NCBI GenBank assembly: GCA_965199825.1
Contig: OZ241329.1
Location: 2,176,001-2,240,000 of the forward strand
DNA: 64,000 bases
Direction: 5' to 3'
Source of the DNA: Bdellovibrionales bacterium
GTDB lineage: Bacteria > Bdellovibrionota > Bdellovibrionia > Bdellovibrionales > UBA1609
Below are positions 1 to 9,906 of this stretch, piece after piece. The notes under the pieces are model-generated. The model was given only the letters and a program-made list of their open reading frames with translations, ran no database searches and was not told where the DNA came from. Made by a program: the position numbers and the translations under genes. Position 1 is the first letter of the stretch, and each line of letters opens with the position of its first letter.

Positions 1-1772
1 TGTTCGGCTTCAGACTTGGCCTCTTTTAAGTTTTGGACCAACCTCAACTGTTCATGAGCCGCTCGGGTTTTATGTGTGACGTCAATCACCACACACAGAC
101 GAGCGGTTCGTTCATTAAAGATAAAATCGGTGGTGCTGAGTTCAACATTAAACACCGATTTATCTTTTTTAAAATGCTGATTTTTTGTTCCAAGGTCCGA
201 CATATGAAGAGTTAAAAATTCTTTTTTTGAATACTGATAGTGGGTTAAAGCGGATTGATTGACGTCGGTAATTTTTTGATTTTGGAGATCGTAAATCAAT
301 ATTGGCAAAGGGCTATAATCAAAAAGAGTTTGATAGCGTTTTTCTGAGCGTTTGAGATCTTCCTCCATCCTTTTTCGATCGGTCACATCTAAAAATGAAA
401 TTGCAATGCCGGATTGAAACGGAAAAGGTGTGGAGCGAAACCATTTTTTGTGTTCCGGATGAAAGCTCTCAAAGGTGCGAGGCTTTCGATCGATCATGGT
501 TTGTTTATAAATCATCCCAAATTCGGTATGTTCTAAACTTGGAAATATGGACCAAATATTTTTACCTATAAGTTCGGACGCACTTCGGCCATTGACCACA
601 GTGGCTGCGGGATTCCAGTAAATAATATTCCAGTCTTTGTCACAGGCAAAAAATGGGGTGGGCATCTCTTCAATCAGTGACGCCAAAAGTTCAAGTGACG
701 TGCGGTTGTTCACTTGAGCCGTGACCTCAACACCGAGAATCATGATCCCATCGATCTGGCCCGATTGAGCTCTTCGAGCTGCATAGGTCAAATTAAAATA
801 ATGAAGCGAGCGGCCGAGGGTCACCGGAATTTCTCTTAAGTGGGCGGTCTTGCCGGTTTGGTAAACCCGGTCAAGAATCCCATGAACCTCTACCGATTCA
901 GGCTGAGCCTCGTGGACTGTCATGCCAGTAGCATCAAATCCCAACAGCTTGACGTGAGCCTTATTCACAAATTCAAAGCGATGTTCCGGGCCTCCCAAAA
1001 TACAAACAATCTCTGGAGATTGATAAAACAGATTGCGAAAATTTTCGCGCTCATTGACCACCGCATTTTTTGCATGCTCAACCGCTAGCCGAGCTTCCAC
1101 ACGATCGGTCACATCGGTACCTTGGGTAGCGACCGCATAAATTTCGCCGTTGGCTTTTCTGAGTGGCTGATAAACAAAATCAAGATACACTTTGCGCACA
1201 CCCTCAGGATCAAAATAGGTCATCAAAAATTCTTTACCCACAAACGGTCTTCCGCTTTTAATCACCTGATTTAAAATCTCAATGATGCCTCGGCTTTTGG
1301 CTTCGGGGGCCACCTCGAGCAGAGTTCGCCCGATAATGTTTTTTTTGCCGATCATTTTGGCGTGAGCTTTATTCGATTTAAGATAGCGAAAGTCGGGAAC
1401 AGAAAGGAGCGACATAAAACTGGTGGATTCTGAAAAAATTTGATCAAGCACTTTTGATTCGGGCTGCTCACTTTCAAGATTGATATTGCAAACCTGAGCA
1501 ATCAAAGAATCTTCATCAAGTGGATTAAATTTTATTTTTGCTAAAAAGCGAGATTGATCTTTTCGGGTTTGCCAACTTTCAAAGATGGTTTCTGATCCAA
1601 AATCATGTGAGAATTCGCTGAGGTGAGAAAAATTTTTATCTAAAACCTCATGTTTTAAATATTGGTAAAGTGATTCGGCACTTGGACTCCAAACTCGAAT
1701 TTGCCCACTGCGATTTAAAACGCAAAACGCGTGAGACGAAAAGTCAAATGACTGTTCAGTTCTATTGTTCAA
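1..1772 (-). CDS. Multi-PAS sensor histidine kinase, N-terminal part (runs off window start; absent from the ORF track)
   Basis: Manual translation of both ends: TTG at 1772 with GAGG RBS at 1777-1780 gives MNNRTEQSFDFSSHAFCVLNRSGQIRVWSPSAESLYQY (PAS-like). The same frame ends ...LVQNLKEAKSEAE, the helix that usually precedes a HisKA H-box. Middle not fully translated. Confidence 0.75.
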   Translation of the reverse strand, partial: MNNRTEQSFDFSSHAFCVLNRSGQIRVWSPSAESLYQYLKHEVLDKNFSHLSEFSHDFGSETIFESWQTRKDQSRFLAKIKFNPLDEDSLIAQVCNINLESEQPESKVLDQIFSESTSFMSLLSVPDFRYLKSNKAHAKMIGKKNIIGRTLLEVAPEAKSRGIIEILNQVIKSGRPFVGKEFLMTYFDPEGVRKVYLDFVYQPLRKANGEIYAVATQGTDVTDRVEARLAVEHAKNAVVNERENFRNLFYQSPEIVCILGGPEHRFEFVNKAHVKLLGFDATGMTVHEAQPESVEVHGILDRVYQTGKTAHLREIPVTLGRSLHYFNLTYAARRAQSGQIDGIMILGVEVTAQVNNRTSLELLASLIEEMPTPFFACDKDWNIIYWNPAATVVNGRSASELIGKNIWSIFPSLEHTEFGMIYKQTMIDRKPRTFESFHPEHKKWFRSTPFPFQSGIAISFLDVTDRKRMEEDLKRSEKRYQTLFDYSPLPILIYDLQNQKITDVNQSALTHYQYSKKEFLTLHMSDLGTKNQHFKKDKSVFNVELSTTDFIFNERTARLCVVIDVTHKTRAAHEQLRLVQNLKEAKSEAE

Positions 1773-1903
1773 CTGACCTCACTTTAAACGCATAGTTTTA
1801 CCCCAAAGATCTCACAGGCGAAAGTCGTGAATAAATCCAAAATCTAAGTTTTTAATTTCCACGTCGACACTGTTCGTTAAGATAAAAGACAAGCGGGGGC
1901 AAC

Positions 1904-2752
1904 ATGATCTTATTTCTTATTTTGCACACATTTGGATTTTCGTCTGAGGCACCTAAGGGCGCATTTCAAGATTTAGTGGAATGTGCCACACAGGCTGGGC
2001 CAGGCGAGACGCCCTATACCAATTTTTTTCCAGCTCAAGGTAATCAGCCCAAAACTGTGATTGTTCCAAACACCACGGGCACAAAAAAGGAGCACCAGGC
2101 ACTTTATGCCATTCAAGCGAATCGGGCTTATACGTGTAAACAATCAACCAGTGATGACTTAAATAATCATATGAAAATCAAATTTAGCTTTGATGGACAA
2201 AACTCAACAAATTCTATTGATGCCCAAATGATTGATTCCAAAATTCAAATCACCCACGATTCTTTCAACACCGATGGCGTATTAACAAAATTCGAGTGCA
2301 AAACTAGTCTCGATGTGAATGAGCAAATGCCAAATTTAATTAATGAAATCAAAAAGGGAATTGGTCTTATTGGCGAAGTTGAGCTTACCCAGATGGAAAC
2401 CCAAGAGAAGGATCTTCACGGACTTAATTATAGAAAAAAAATCGATGATGCGGGTGACAGCGCAAAATCCTCAAAAACCTACAACACCGGGGCTTCGCAA
2501 TACCAAAACGAACAACACCAAAAATTTTCGAAGACATTGGATCAAGCCATCAGTCGATTACAAACTTGTGCGAACACAAAACCTCCAAGTGGAGCTTCGG
2601 ATTCGCTGAAGCAAGCGTTTGATGATCTCCATGCCACGGTTGAGCCGCAACTGACCGCAATGAAAAAGCTGTATGAGGCCTCGCAGAGTATTGTGCGGAA
2701 AACTGTACCATCGGCAGACCAAGCCCTCCCTTCCTCAGATACGGCTCGTTAA
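1904..2752 (+). CDS. Hypothetical secreted protein
   Basis: 282-aa ORF with a short hydrophobic N-terminus (MILFLILHTFGFS) and GCGGGGG upstream; no recognised domain. Confidence 0.7.
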   Translation: MILFLILHTFGFSSEAPKGAFQDLVECATQAGPGETPYTNFFPAQGNQPKTVIVPNTTGTKKEHQALYAIQANRAYTCKQSTSDDLNNHMKIKFSFDGQNSTNSIDAQMIDSKIQITHDSFNTDGVLTKFECKTSLDVNEQMPNLINEIKKGIGLIGEVELTQMETQEKDLHGLNYRKKIDDAGDSAKSSKTYNTGASQYQNEQHQKFSKTLDQAISRLQTCANTKPPSGASDSLKQAFDDLHATVEPQLTAMKKLYEASQSIVRKTVPSADQALPSSDTAR

Positions 2753-4488
2753 AGACGCAGTGGAGCGGGGATTCCCAGCAGGCTCAAGCCTCGCCGTAAA
2801 GTCATTTGAGTTGTCTTAACAAGTGCTAGGCGAGACTGCATCAGTTCAGGCGAAGCCGCAGTCTTGATGGGGCACTCTTTATAAAAACGATTAAACAATT
2901 TGGCCAAATCAAAAAGATAAGCACAAAAGATCGAAGGCTTATATTCGGTGGCGGCTTGCAAGAGCGCATTTTTAAATTTTTCGATATGCAAAATTAAAAG
3001 TTGCTCTGGAAGAGATTCCAAATGCGGGATCTGATCATCAATAGGCTCACCCACTTTTTTTAAAATACTCGAACACCGCGCATGAACATATTGAAGGTAG
3101 GGGCCGGTTTCGCCATCAAGCTTTAACCAATCTTCGAGCACAAACTGAATGCTCCGATTCGGATCAATCTTCAACATTCCATATTTAATTGCGCCTAAAA
3201 CAATTTGCTCGCTGAGCTCTTCAATCTGGGTGTCTGACCATTCCGATTTGAGCGGAGTGAGATACTGTTCAATCACTTGGTGGCTCACTTTATTATTGAA
3301 ATCTTTAAGCGACATCGCATTCATGGTGCGCGAACTAAAAGGAGCCCCTTTTGTATCGGTGACCAATTCATAACCTAAAAACAAAGATTTTTTGGCCTGT
3401 GGAAATCCCATCAATTCTGCGGTTTTAAAAAGCTGTTGAAAGTGGAGGCGTTGGCGCGAATCGACAACATAAATAGATTTTGTAATTGTTGGATCCGAAA
3501 ATTTTTGCTTTATCAGTTCTAAATCTTTGGTTAAATAAAGTCCTGAGCCATCGCTTTTAAGATAAATCGCAAATCCAAGGTCGTACTCATTGAGATCAAT
3601 GCCGATGGCGCCTTCACTTAAAACAAAAAAGCCTTCCTCAAATTTTTTCTTTACCAATTCTTTTGAGGGCTGATCGCATTCGCTTTCATAAAACCATTTA
3701 TCAAATCGGACATTGAGCCATTCGTAAACACTTTTCATTTCGTCAAGCGACCACTCTCGGGTTTTTAGGTAAAGCTCATAGGTCTCACCCGATTTCTTTT
3801 CGAGTTGCAAAGCCACCTGATAAATTTCTTGTTTGACCGATTCTGGCGGGTCATTTTTAAGATAGGCATCCGCCGCCGAATACATCTCGCCGAGCCAATG
3901 GGCATCTGGCGACTGGGGAATTTCTGTTTTTTTAAATTTTTGAATAAACCAAATCGCTTTGGCAATGTGAGCCCCCATATCGCCAGGATAGGTGGCCCTT
4001 ACGATGTGATGTCCGATTGCCTCTAATAAATTACACACCACATCGCCATAAATGGTGTTTCTTAAGTGACCTAAATGAAGTGCTTTATGGGTATTGGGTT
4101 GTGAGAATTCGACAATGATTTTTTCTTGCTCTGATTTTTCTAACATCGGTGAGCGAAGGTATTTTTCACCCGAACACTGCTCGAAAGATTCCTTTAAACA
4201 CAAATCAAGATCAAAAATAAAATTCAAATAACCATTTAGCTCTTGAACGACTTTAATACGCTTTAAAGGATATTTTTGGACGGCTTGACACAGAGTTTGT
4301 GCGATCAATTTTGGCGACTGCTTTAAGCTTTTTGCCAGCGAATGACAGGGAAAGGCCGCATGAGCCATCTCGGGCTGGGGTGAAAAGCTCACCAACTCTG
4401 TAATCGATTGATTTAAACCGTAGGTTTCGTTTACCGCTTTTTGACAAAGCTCTTTGGCCTCGTCGAGATACAAACTCAAATGTGTCAT
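2749..4488 (-). CDS. argS: Arginine--tRNA ligase
   Basis: VEFSQPNTHKALHLGHLRN (HIGH motif), YVVDSRQ, GETGPYLQYVHAR, FNRFY anticodon-binding domain. Confidence 0.96.
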   Translation of the reverse strand: MTHLSLYLDEAKELCQKAVNETYGLNQSITELVSFSPQPEMAHAAFPCHSLAKSLKQSPKLIAQTLCQAVQKYPLKRIKVVQELNGYLNFIFDLDLCLKESFEQCSGEKYLRSPMLEKSEQEKIIVEFSQPNTHKALHLGHLRNTIYGDVVCNLLEAIGHHIVRATYPGDMGAHIAKAIWFIQKFKKTEIPQSPDAHWLGEMYSAADAYLKNDPPESVKQEIYQVALQLEKKSGETYELYLKTREWSLDEMKSVYEWLNVRFDKWFYESECDQPSKELVKKKFEEGFFVLSEGAIGIDLNEYDLGFAIYLKSDGSGLYLTKDLELIKQKFSDPTITKSIYVVDSRQRLHFQQLFKTAELMGFPQAKKSLFLGYELVTDTKGAPFSSRTMNAMSLKDFNNKVSHQVIEQYLTPLKSEWSDTQIEELSEQIVLGAIKYGMLKIDPNRSIQFVLEDWLKLDGETGPYLQYVHARCSSILKKVGEPIDDQIPHLESLPEQLLILHIEKFKNALLQAATEYKPSIFCAYLFDLAKLFNRFYKECPIKTAASPELMQSRLALVKTTQMTLRRGLSLLGIPAPLRL

Positions 4489-4528
4489 TGAGTTGTGGTA
4501 GCACGAATTTTTTTTTTTATAAAGGTTG

Positions 4529-5839
4529 TTAAGCAGCCAGAGCTTTGAGTTTTGAGGTCAAGGCAGGATCAAATTCGCTGTTTTTTTCGCACAGGATTTT
4601 AACCGCAAAGGCAAAAGTACGACCGGGGCTTCGACCCATGGGGCTCATCAATTCATTAAGTGCGACCGCAATGCCCATCACTTGGGCTTCGGGCTTCAAA
4701 CGGTTGGGTTTTGCAGGATAGCCCGAGCCATCCACACGCTCATGATGATGCTCGATCATATTTAAAACATTGTCGGCCAAAATCATCTTTTGATGTTTTA
4801 CCAAATTGATTGAGAATGTGGGATGAGACTTATATTTTTCGGCTTCTTGAGGTGAGCGATCGGTTTTAAGTAAAATCTCATGAGCAACTTCTGCAAGGCC
4901 CACGTCATGAAGTAGTCCTGCTAAAGCAAAGTCCTTGGAATTTCCCACCTGGAGTGCATGCGAAAGTAAACTTGCAAGACGACTCACACGCATGGCTTGA
5001 TGATAAACTGACGTCTCAATCAATGGTGCAAGTTGCAACAGGCGTTCGCGATATTGGGTGTCGTCGTCATCGAGGCAAATATAATTTTTAACAATATCTT
5101 GAAAGTCGGTCACCAGTTGTCGACCGTGTTCCATGTTGCCTTCGCTCGAAGGTGCAAAGATATTTGTTAAGGCTTCGCGAATCGCTTTTAAGCAGCGTTC
5201 GTGTTTTTCGGTCGCACTGATTTTGTTTAAAGTATTGCGGGCCGAAAATTCATAAAATTGCAGCATGTCTTTTTGATCAACAAAGCAATCTTTGATTTGA
5301 TGTTCGGCAAGTTTCTGTATTTTTTTATCAGACAATGTGGAATCCGCCGACACATATCGCACTTTGCGATTATTTCGTGGCAAGTGAACATAAAGATCAA
5401 ATCCCAACACCGCATCGGGTTTGACATCGTCAAGTTGAACACGGCGATAGAGTTTTTCAGAATTCAAATGAGCGAGTGTTGTGGTCAGCTGAAGACTAAA
5501 CTCTTCTTGATCAAACGGAAAAAGATAAGCGTCGTCAAAACCATTTTTGATGGTGAGTTTTCTTTCAAACTGCGCTCTTGAGTCGACAACGTAAAAAATA
5601 ACGGCGTTTGGATAAAACATCCGCATGGTTTGTCCAACTTCAATGATCTTTAAGCCTTCAGGTGGCACTCCACATAAGACAATGCCGATATCCTCGCGAA
5701 GAGCTCCCTCAAGAACCGCATCGTTATAGGCGATATCGACAATTTCACAATTGGAATCCAAAGAGCGAAGAACGTCCTGCCATTTTTGGCAAACACCAAC
5801 TGCGAGCAGTGCGGGTTTTTGTGGACGTGCTTGACCCAT
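4529..5839 (-). CDS. HD-GYP domain protein with degenerate receiver-like N-terminus
   Basis: LLHDVG and HHERVDGSGYP motifs; N-terminal REC-like alpha/beta pattern (NGFDDAYLFPFD). Confidence 0.85.
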   Translation of the reverse strand: MGQARPQKPALLAVGVCQKWQDVLRSLDSNCEIVDIAYNDAVLEGALREDIGIVLCGVPPEGLKIIEVGQTMRMFYPNAVIFYVVDSRAQFERKLTIKNGFDDAYLFPFDQEEFSLQLTTTLAHLNSEKLYRRVQLDDVKPDAVLGFDLYVHLPRNNRKVRYVSADSTLSDKKIQKLAEHQIKDCFVDQKDMLQFYEFSARNTLNKISATEKHERCLKAIREALTNIFAPSSEGNMEHGRQLVTDFQDIVKNYICLDDDDTQYRERLLQLAPLIETSVYHQAMRVSRLASLLSHALQVGNSKDFALAGLLHDVGLAEVAHEILLKTDRSPQEAEKYKSHPTFSINLVKHQKMILADNVLNMIEHHHERVDGSGYPAKPNRLKPEAQVMGIAVALNELMSPMGRSPGRTFAFAVKILCEKNSEFDPALTSKLKALAA

Positions 5840-5845
5840 AAAAAA

Positions 5846-6247
5846 TTAGGCTGCTTTCACGGTTTTTGCGTGAACCTTTTCAAGGTTCATTTTTAAAGTT
5901 TCCGCATTGAACGGCTTCACAATATAACTATCCACTTTGGCTGCTAAGGCCTGAACAATTTGTGCTTGTTCAGTTTCTGCAGTGACCAACACGAACGGAA
6001 GTTTTTGAAAGCGTTGATCTCCTCGAACGCGCTTTAAAAGTTCAAGACCTGTGCAATTGGGCATGTTCCAATCTGAAATAACCAAACCAATGGGAGGTTG
6101 TGCGGTCGAAATGGCTTGCCATCCAAGTGCACCATCTGCGGCTTCTTGAATATCGGTAAATCCAAGTTCGCGGCACACTTTGGCGACGATTTTTCTCATC
6201 GTCATCATATCGTCGATAATTAATACTCGTGTTGCTGGATCAAACAT
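5846..6247 (-). CDS. cheY: CheY-like single-domain response regulator
   Basis: VLIIDDMMTMRKI, ISDWNMPNCTG, VTAE, YIVKPF. Confidence 0.88.
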   Translation of the reverse strand: MFDPATRVLIIDDMMTMRKIVAKVCRELGFTDIQEAADGALGWQAISTAQPPIGLVISDWNMPNCTGLELLKRVRGDQRFQKLPFVLVTAETEQAQIVQALAAKVDSYIVKPFNAETLKMNLEKVHAKTVKAA

Positions 6248-6269
6248 ATGTGGTTCTCCCTCTTTATGT

Positions 6270-6296
6270 GTATCGGTGAACTTGAGAGGGAATTAA
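6270..6296 (-). promoter_or_regulatory. Putative sigma-28 (FliA) promoter for cheY/HD-GYP
   Basis: Minus strand TTAA-N15-ACCGATAC versus consensus TAAA-N15-GCCGATAA, 22 nt upstream of the cheY ATG. Confidence 0.5.
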
Positions 6297-6298
6297 AA

Positions 6299-7750
6299 TC
6301 AATAAAACTTGACTGGATGTTGGGCCATATTGAGATGGCTTACGCATTCACGTAAGCTCTGAACCCCGCCAAAATGAGCCGCCTTATTTTCAGAAATCCC
6401 AGAAAGATAATATTGGCTGCGATGCCATTCGCCAGTGGGATCATCTTCAACATCTAGAGCCGGAAAGGCCTTAAAGAGCGGCATCAATTGATCTAAAAAA
6501 AAGGTCTGGGTACTTTTTAGTTGCTCAATCTCACATTGAAGCACCGAGCGGAGCTTTTTTTGTAGTCGAAATTTTAAAAACTTTTTAAACATAATTTGTT
6601 GGTCCTGATAAACGTCGAGAGCCTCTTTTAAAGTGTAGGTCATCTCGGATTGAAGGCCAAAAACCAAAGGCAAAATCCTTTTGTCTTGCTCCGGATGCAT
6701 CTTTATTTCTTTAGCATAATCTTTAAGTTGCCGATATTGGTTAAAGGTCAATCTGAGCTGCGCAGTCGAGATCTCCTCGCGACGCGATTGACAGTCCTCA
6801 AGGGCATCAATCAATTTCTCCGACTGATCATGAAGAGGATCGTTGAAAAGTAAAATCGATTTTGCATTTTCGGTACAAATCGAGAGTGATTTTTCAGCGG
6901 AGTCGCTGCGCAAGTTAAAAACTTTTTGCTCTAAATCAAACTCAATAATAAATGCGGTCACCACACCAAGCACCAGTCCCGCACCATTGGCAGCCAAACT
7001 GGTATAACCTTTTAAGAACGGTCCTAGACGCAAAGTGATATAGCTTCCAAGCAAAAGTGCTGCAGAGGCGATTGTGAGATCATTGATCGTTCCGTGAGTT
7101 TGAAAGATATTCGACATCATTCGATTTCTTAATTCAGGTGATTTTAATAAAATAAAACCCATGTTTTTAAGCTGCTCTTGGAGTGCCGCAAAAGATTTTT
7201 GGGCTTCGACATTTTCATGATGGTGAGAAATCGAGTCGATCAAAGGTAAAAGATTATTGGTTCGGGCAAAGCACTCGGAGGTGGAACATAAAGATCTGGC
7301 TTCGGTCCACAATTGTCTAAAAAATTCCCAAGTGTAAGCGGTGATAGCCACCGGAACGGCAGAGAGTAAAAATTGTCGCATCAAGGATTTGCCGGCTTTG
7401 TTTTTAAATGCCCACTCGAGCCCCGCACGCGCAGGCTCGGCAAGTACGAATGCACTTGCGAGCGAAGTCGAAACCCCAATCCACAGACTCGGGTCATTGA
7501 TGACGGATTCAATGGAGTCAGCAATTATTAATTTAAGATGATCTCGTGAGACTGTTTTCACGGTGTGTCCCGAGATTGTGAGGTGACGGACCACCGACTG
7601 GACTGCAGAAAAGAAAACCATAAAAAAAACGATCTGTACATTTTGATTGATCGCCGAGGCCGCCACTTGGGACGGCGGCCGCAGATGAATTTCGGGAACT
7701 TCAGCAAAACAAATTTGAATTGAAAAAAGCCAAATCAGCAACCACTTCAT
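6299..7750 (-). CDS. Hypothetical membrane/secreted protein
   Basis: Signal peptide MKWLLIWLFSIQICFA plus several hydrophobic segments; no recognised domain. Confidence 0.7.
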   Translation of the reverse strand: MKWLLIWLFSIQICFAEVPEIHLRPPSQVAASAINQNVQIVFFMVFFSAVQSVVRHLTISGHTVKTVSRDHLKLIIADSIESVINDPSLWIGVSTSLASAFVLAEPARAGLEWAFKNKAGKSLMRQFLLSAVPVAITAYTWEFFRQLWTEARSLCSTSECFARTNNLLPLIDSISHHHENVEAQKSFAALQEQLKNMGFILLKSPELRNRMMSNIFQTHGTINDLTIASAALLLGSYITLRLGPFLKGYTSLAANGAGLVLGVVTAFIIEFDLEQKVFNLRSDSAEKSLSICTENAKSILLFNDPLHDQSEKLIDALEDCQSRREEISTAQLRLTFNQYRQLKDYAKEIKMHPEQDKRILPLVFGLQSEMTYTLKEALDVYQDQQIMFKKFLKFRLQKKLRSVLQCEIEQLKSTQTFFLDQLMPLFKAFPALDVEDDPTGEWHRSQYYLSGISENKAAHFGGVQSLRECVSHLNMAQHPVKFY

Positions 7751-7752
7751 TT

Positions 7753-8067
7753 TTATTCTTTGTTGTCTTGGTCCTGACTGTTGACGCTGATGTCTTCGAG
7801 CGTTTGATCTTGATTGGTTAAAAATCCATCGGATTGAAGAGACTCATTGAGCTCGCCATTTTCTTCACTATTGCGCGATTGAATTCCAGCACCCATCGAA
7901 GCTTCAACTGCGGGCAATTCCGAATCTTCGATCAGATCACTGGCCACATGCGCAGTGGGCCCTGCTTGGTGCATGCCTTCTTGAGAGAGTCTGGAAGTTT
8001 TTGGTACAGATGGATTTTGTAAGTCGACCTGCTGTAGATTGCGTCTTGTGTTTTCGGTGGTAGGCAT
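7753..8067 (-). CDS. Small acidic, low-complexity hypothetical protein
   Basis: 104-aa ORF with AGGAG RBS upstream; stop 2 nt before the next gene. Confidence 0.6.
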   Translation of the reverse strand: MPTTENTRRNLQQVDLQNPSVPKTSRLSQEGMHQAGPTAHVASDLIEDSELPAVEASMGAGIQSRNSEENGELNESLQSDGFLTNQDQTLEDISVNSQDQDNKE

Positions 8068-8202
8068 CTAATTCTCCTAAGTGGGGTTTAACTTACAAAA
8101 AAGATCTGCAACTTAAGTGCCCTCAAATAATTTGGGCGCTCAATCTGCATGAGGAAAGAATCGCTTCTTAGACGACCTTTTATTCCCCATAAAGGAAGAT
8201 GA

Positions 8203-9906
8203 ATGTTAGTTTTTTTGATTTGGCTTTTGGGGCCACTCGCAGTGGCTCAGACTTCGATTTGTCATTCTGTTTTTATTACTGGGCTCAACCTCAAACTCAG
8301 TCAAAACGAAAAGATTTTGATTTGCGGCACCAATGATGATTCGGCTTGGGGTGAAGTGCCTTTATCTCAAGCTCAATATCAACTCAAAGTGCTTCTTCAA
8401 AATAAGGGATATCTCAATCCCAGTTTTGAGCGACGTAACAATCAACTCTTTGTGAACGTCAACGCCCAAACTCAAACCGAAAATTTGATCATTCAAGGTG
8501 CTCTTCTTAATCCGAATAAAAAAAGAAAGATTATTGGCTATCCTCTTGAGCCCAAAAAATTAGATGAGGTTAAGCAATGGGCCGAGGTCGAATTGAGGCG
8601 TCAAGGCTACGCCTGTCCCCAAATTGAAGTTGAGGCGAGTGATCGCAATATCCATCTTCAAATTCAGCCGGGTCAAAAAGGCTATTACACCACAATTGAG
8701 CGGCGTGGTTTTGAGTCTCTTACAGACTCAGTTCCACTCCGATTTGAAGCCTACAAATTGGGTCAACCCTTTGAGGCTTTTGATTCCCAAATTACGGTGA
8801 ACCGCTTACTCAACCATGGGCTATTTCAAAGTGCATTTACCAATCTTAAATGTGTTAACAATACGGTCAGTCTAAAACTTGTGGCGGGTGTGGGTAAGCC
8901 TCGACTGGTCCGATTTGGAGTGGGGGCTTCGACTGAAGAGATTGCGTTTACCGAAGTTTTATTTCGTGACACCAAGCTCGACAATAAAGCCTCAACGTTT
9001 AGTGCATCGGCTCGAGCATCAGTGATTCGCCAAGAATTAAAGCTCGATTCACAATTTTTTATTTTACCGGTCATAACCAAATCCTATTTAGGTCCCCATT
9101 TGTTGGTAGAACGTAGAAAAGAGCGAACCTATGAAATCGCCCGCACCCAAGTGGGGGCTGATATTGGTTATGATTTTGATTTTATGGATTACCGCTTTCA
9201 AGCTCGCGGCGGACCCCTTTTCAACTATGAAAAAACATTTACCGGTGTGGGCCCAAGGGATTCAAAATTTATTTCGATTGGTGCGGATTTAAAATTTAGC
9301 TCACACAATTATGAAGCTCTGCTCAGGCAGCAATTTGAAGGACTCACCGGCGAGCTCAACTATCAAGGTCAACGTGAGGGTATTGGATCCAGTATCAATG
9401 TGGATCGCTATGACATCACACTCAAACATCTGTGGAATATCCATGGGTTTTCGCCTCCGCTCTTTGTGTTTGCAACTCGGTTTGAGCTTACACTGGTTGA
9501 TTCAGCCGACATCGATCGCGCGGTCAACAGCGATATTTTGCCGATTGATTACCGGGTTTTTTATGGTGGAGATGCAAATCTCCGTGGGTTTAGTCGAGAG
9601 TCGATCAACAACAATGGTCTTGGATTTTTGAGTGCACTCCAGCTTGGTTTTGAATTGCGTTTGGTTGAAGAGTTGCCTTATGGTCTTGAACCTTTTTTGC
9701 TTTATGATCTTTCTCGCGTCGGTGATGAGCGCTATAAACTTTTACCCTCCACATTGGTTTCCACAGGACTTGGGTTAAGATGGGCATCGCCCTTTGGAAC
9801 TCTAAGATTTTCTGCAGCACAAGGACAAATTTGGAATATGACACCTGAGCTTGAAAATGTTCATCAAGGGCTTGTCATCAATGTGAGTTTTGGTCAGGAA
9901 TTTTGA
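8203..9906 (+). CDS. tamA: Omp85-family outer membrane protein (TamA/BamA-like)
   Basis: Signal peptide, POTRA-like N-terminus, FYGGDANLRGF loop motif, GLGLRWASPFGTLR, C-terminal FGQEF. Confidence 0.8.
   Translation: MLVFLIWLLGPLAVAQTSICHSVFITGLNLKLSQNEKILICGTNDDSAWGEVPLSQAQYQLKVLLQNKGYLNPSFERRNNQLFVNVNAQTQTENLIIQGALLNPNKKRKIIGYPLEPKKLDEVKQWAEVELRRQGYACPQIEVEASDRNIHLQIQPGQKGYYTTIERRGFESLTDSVPLRFEAYKLGQPFEAFDSQITVNRLLNHGLFQSAFTNLKCVNNTVSLKLVAGVGKPRLVRFGVGASTEEIAFTEVLFRDTKLDNKASTFSASARASVIRQELKLDSQFFILPVITKSYLGPHLLVERRKERTYEIARTQVGADIGYDFDFMDYRFQARGGPLFNYEKTFTGVGPRDSKFISIGADLKFSSHNYEALLRQQFEGLTGELNYQGQREGIGSSINVDRYDITLKHLWNIHGFSPPLFVFATRFELTLVDSADIDRAVNSDILPIDYRVFYGGDANLRGFSRESINNNGLGFLSALQLGFELRLVEELPYGLEPFLLYDLSRVGDERYKLLPSTLVSTGLGLRWASPFGTLRFSAAQGQIWNMTPELENVHQGLVINVSFGQEF

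Noticed and set aside
33..1088. Plus-strand ORFs 33-215 and 840-1088
   Set aside because: They lie antisense to the partial PAS kinase on the minus strand
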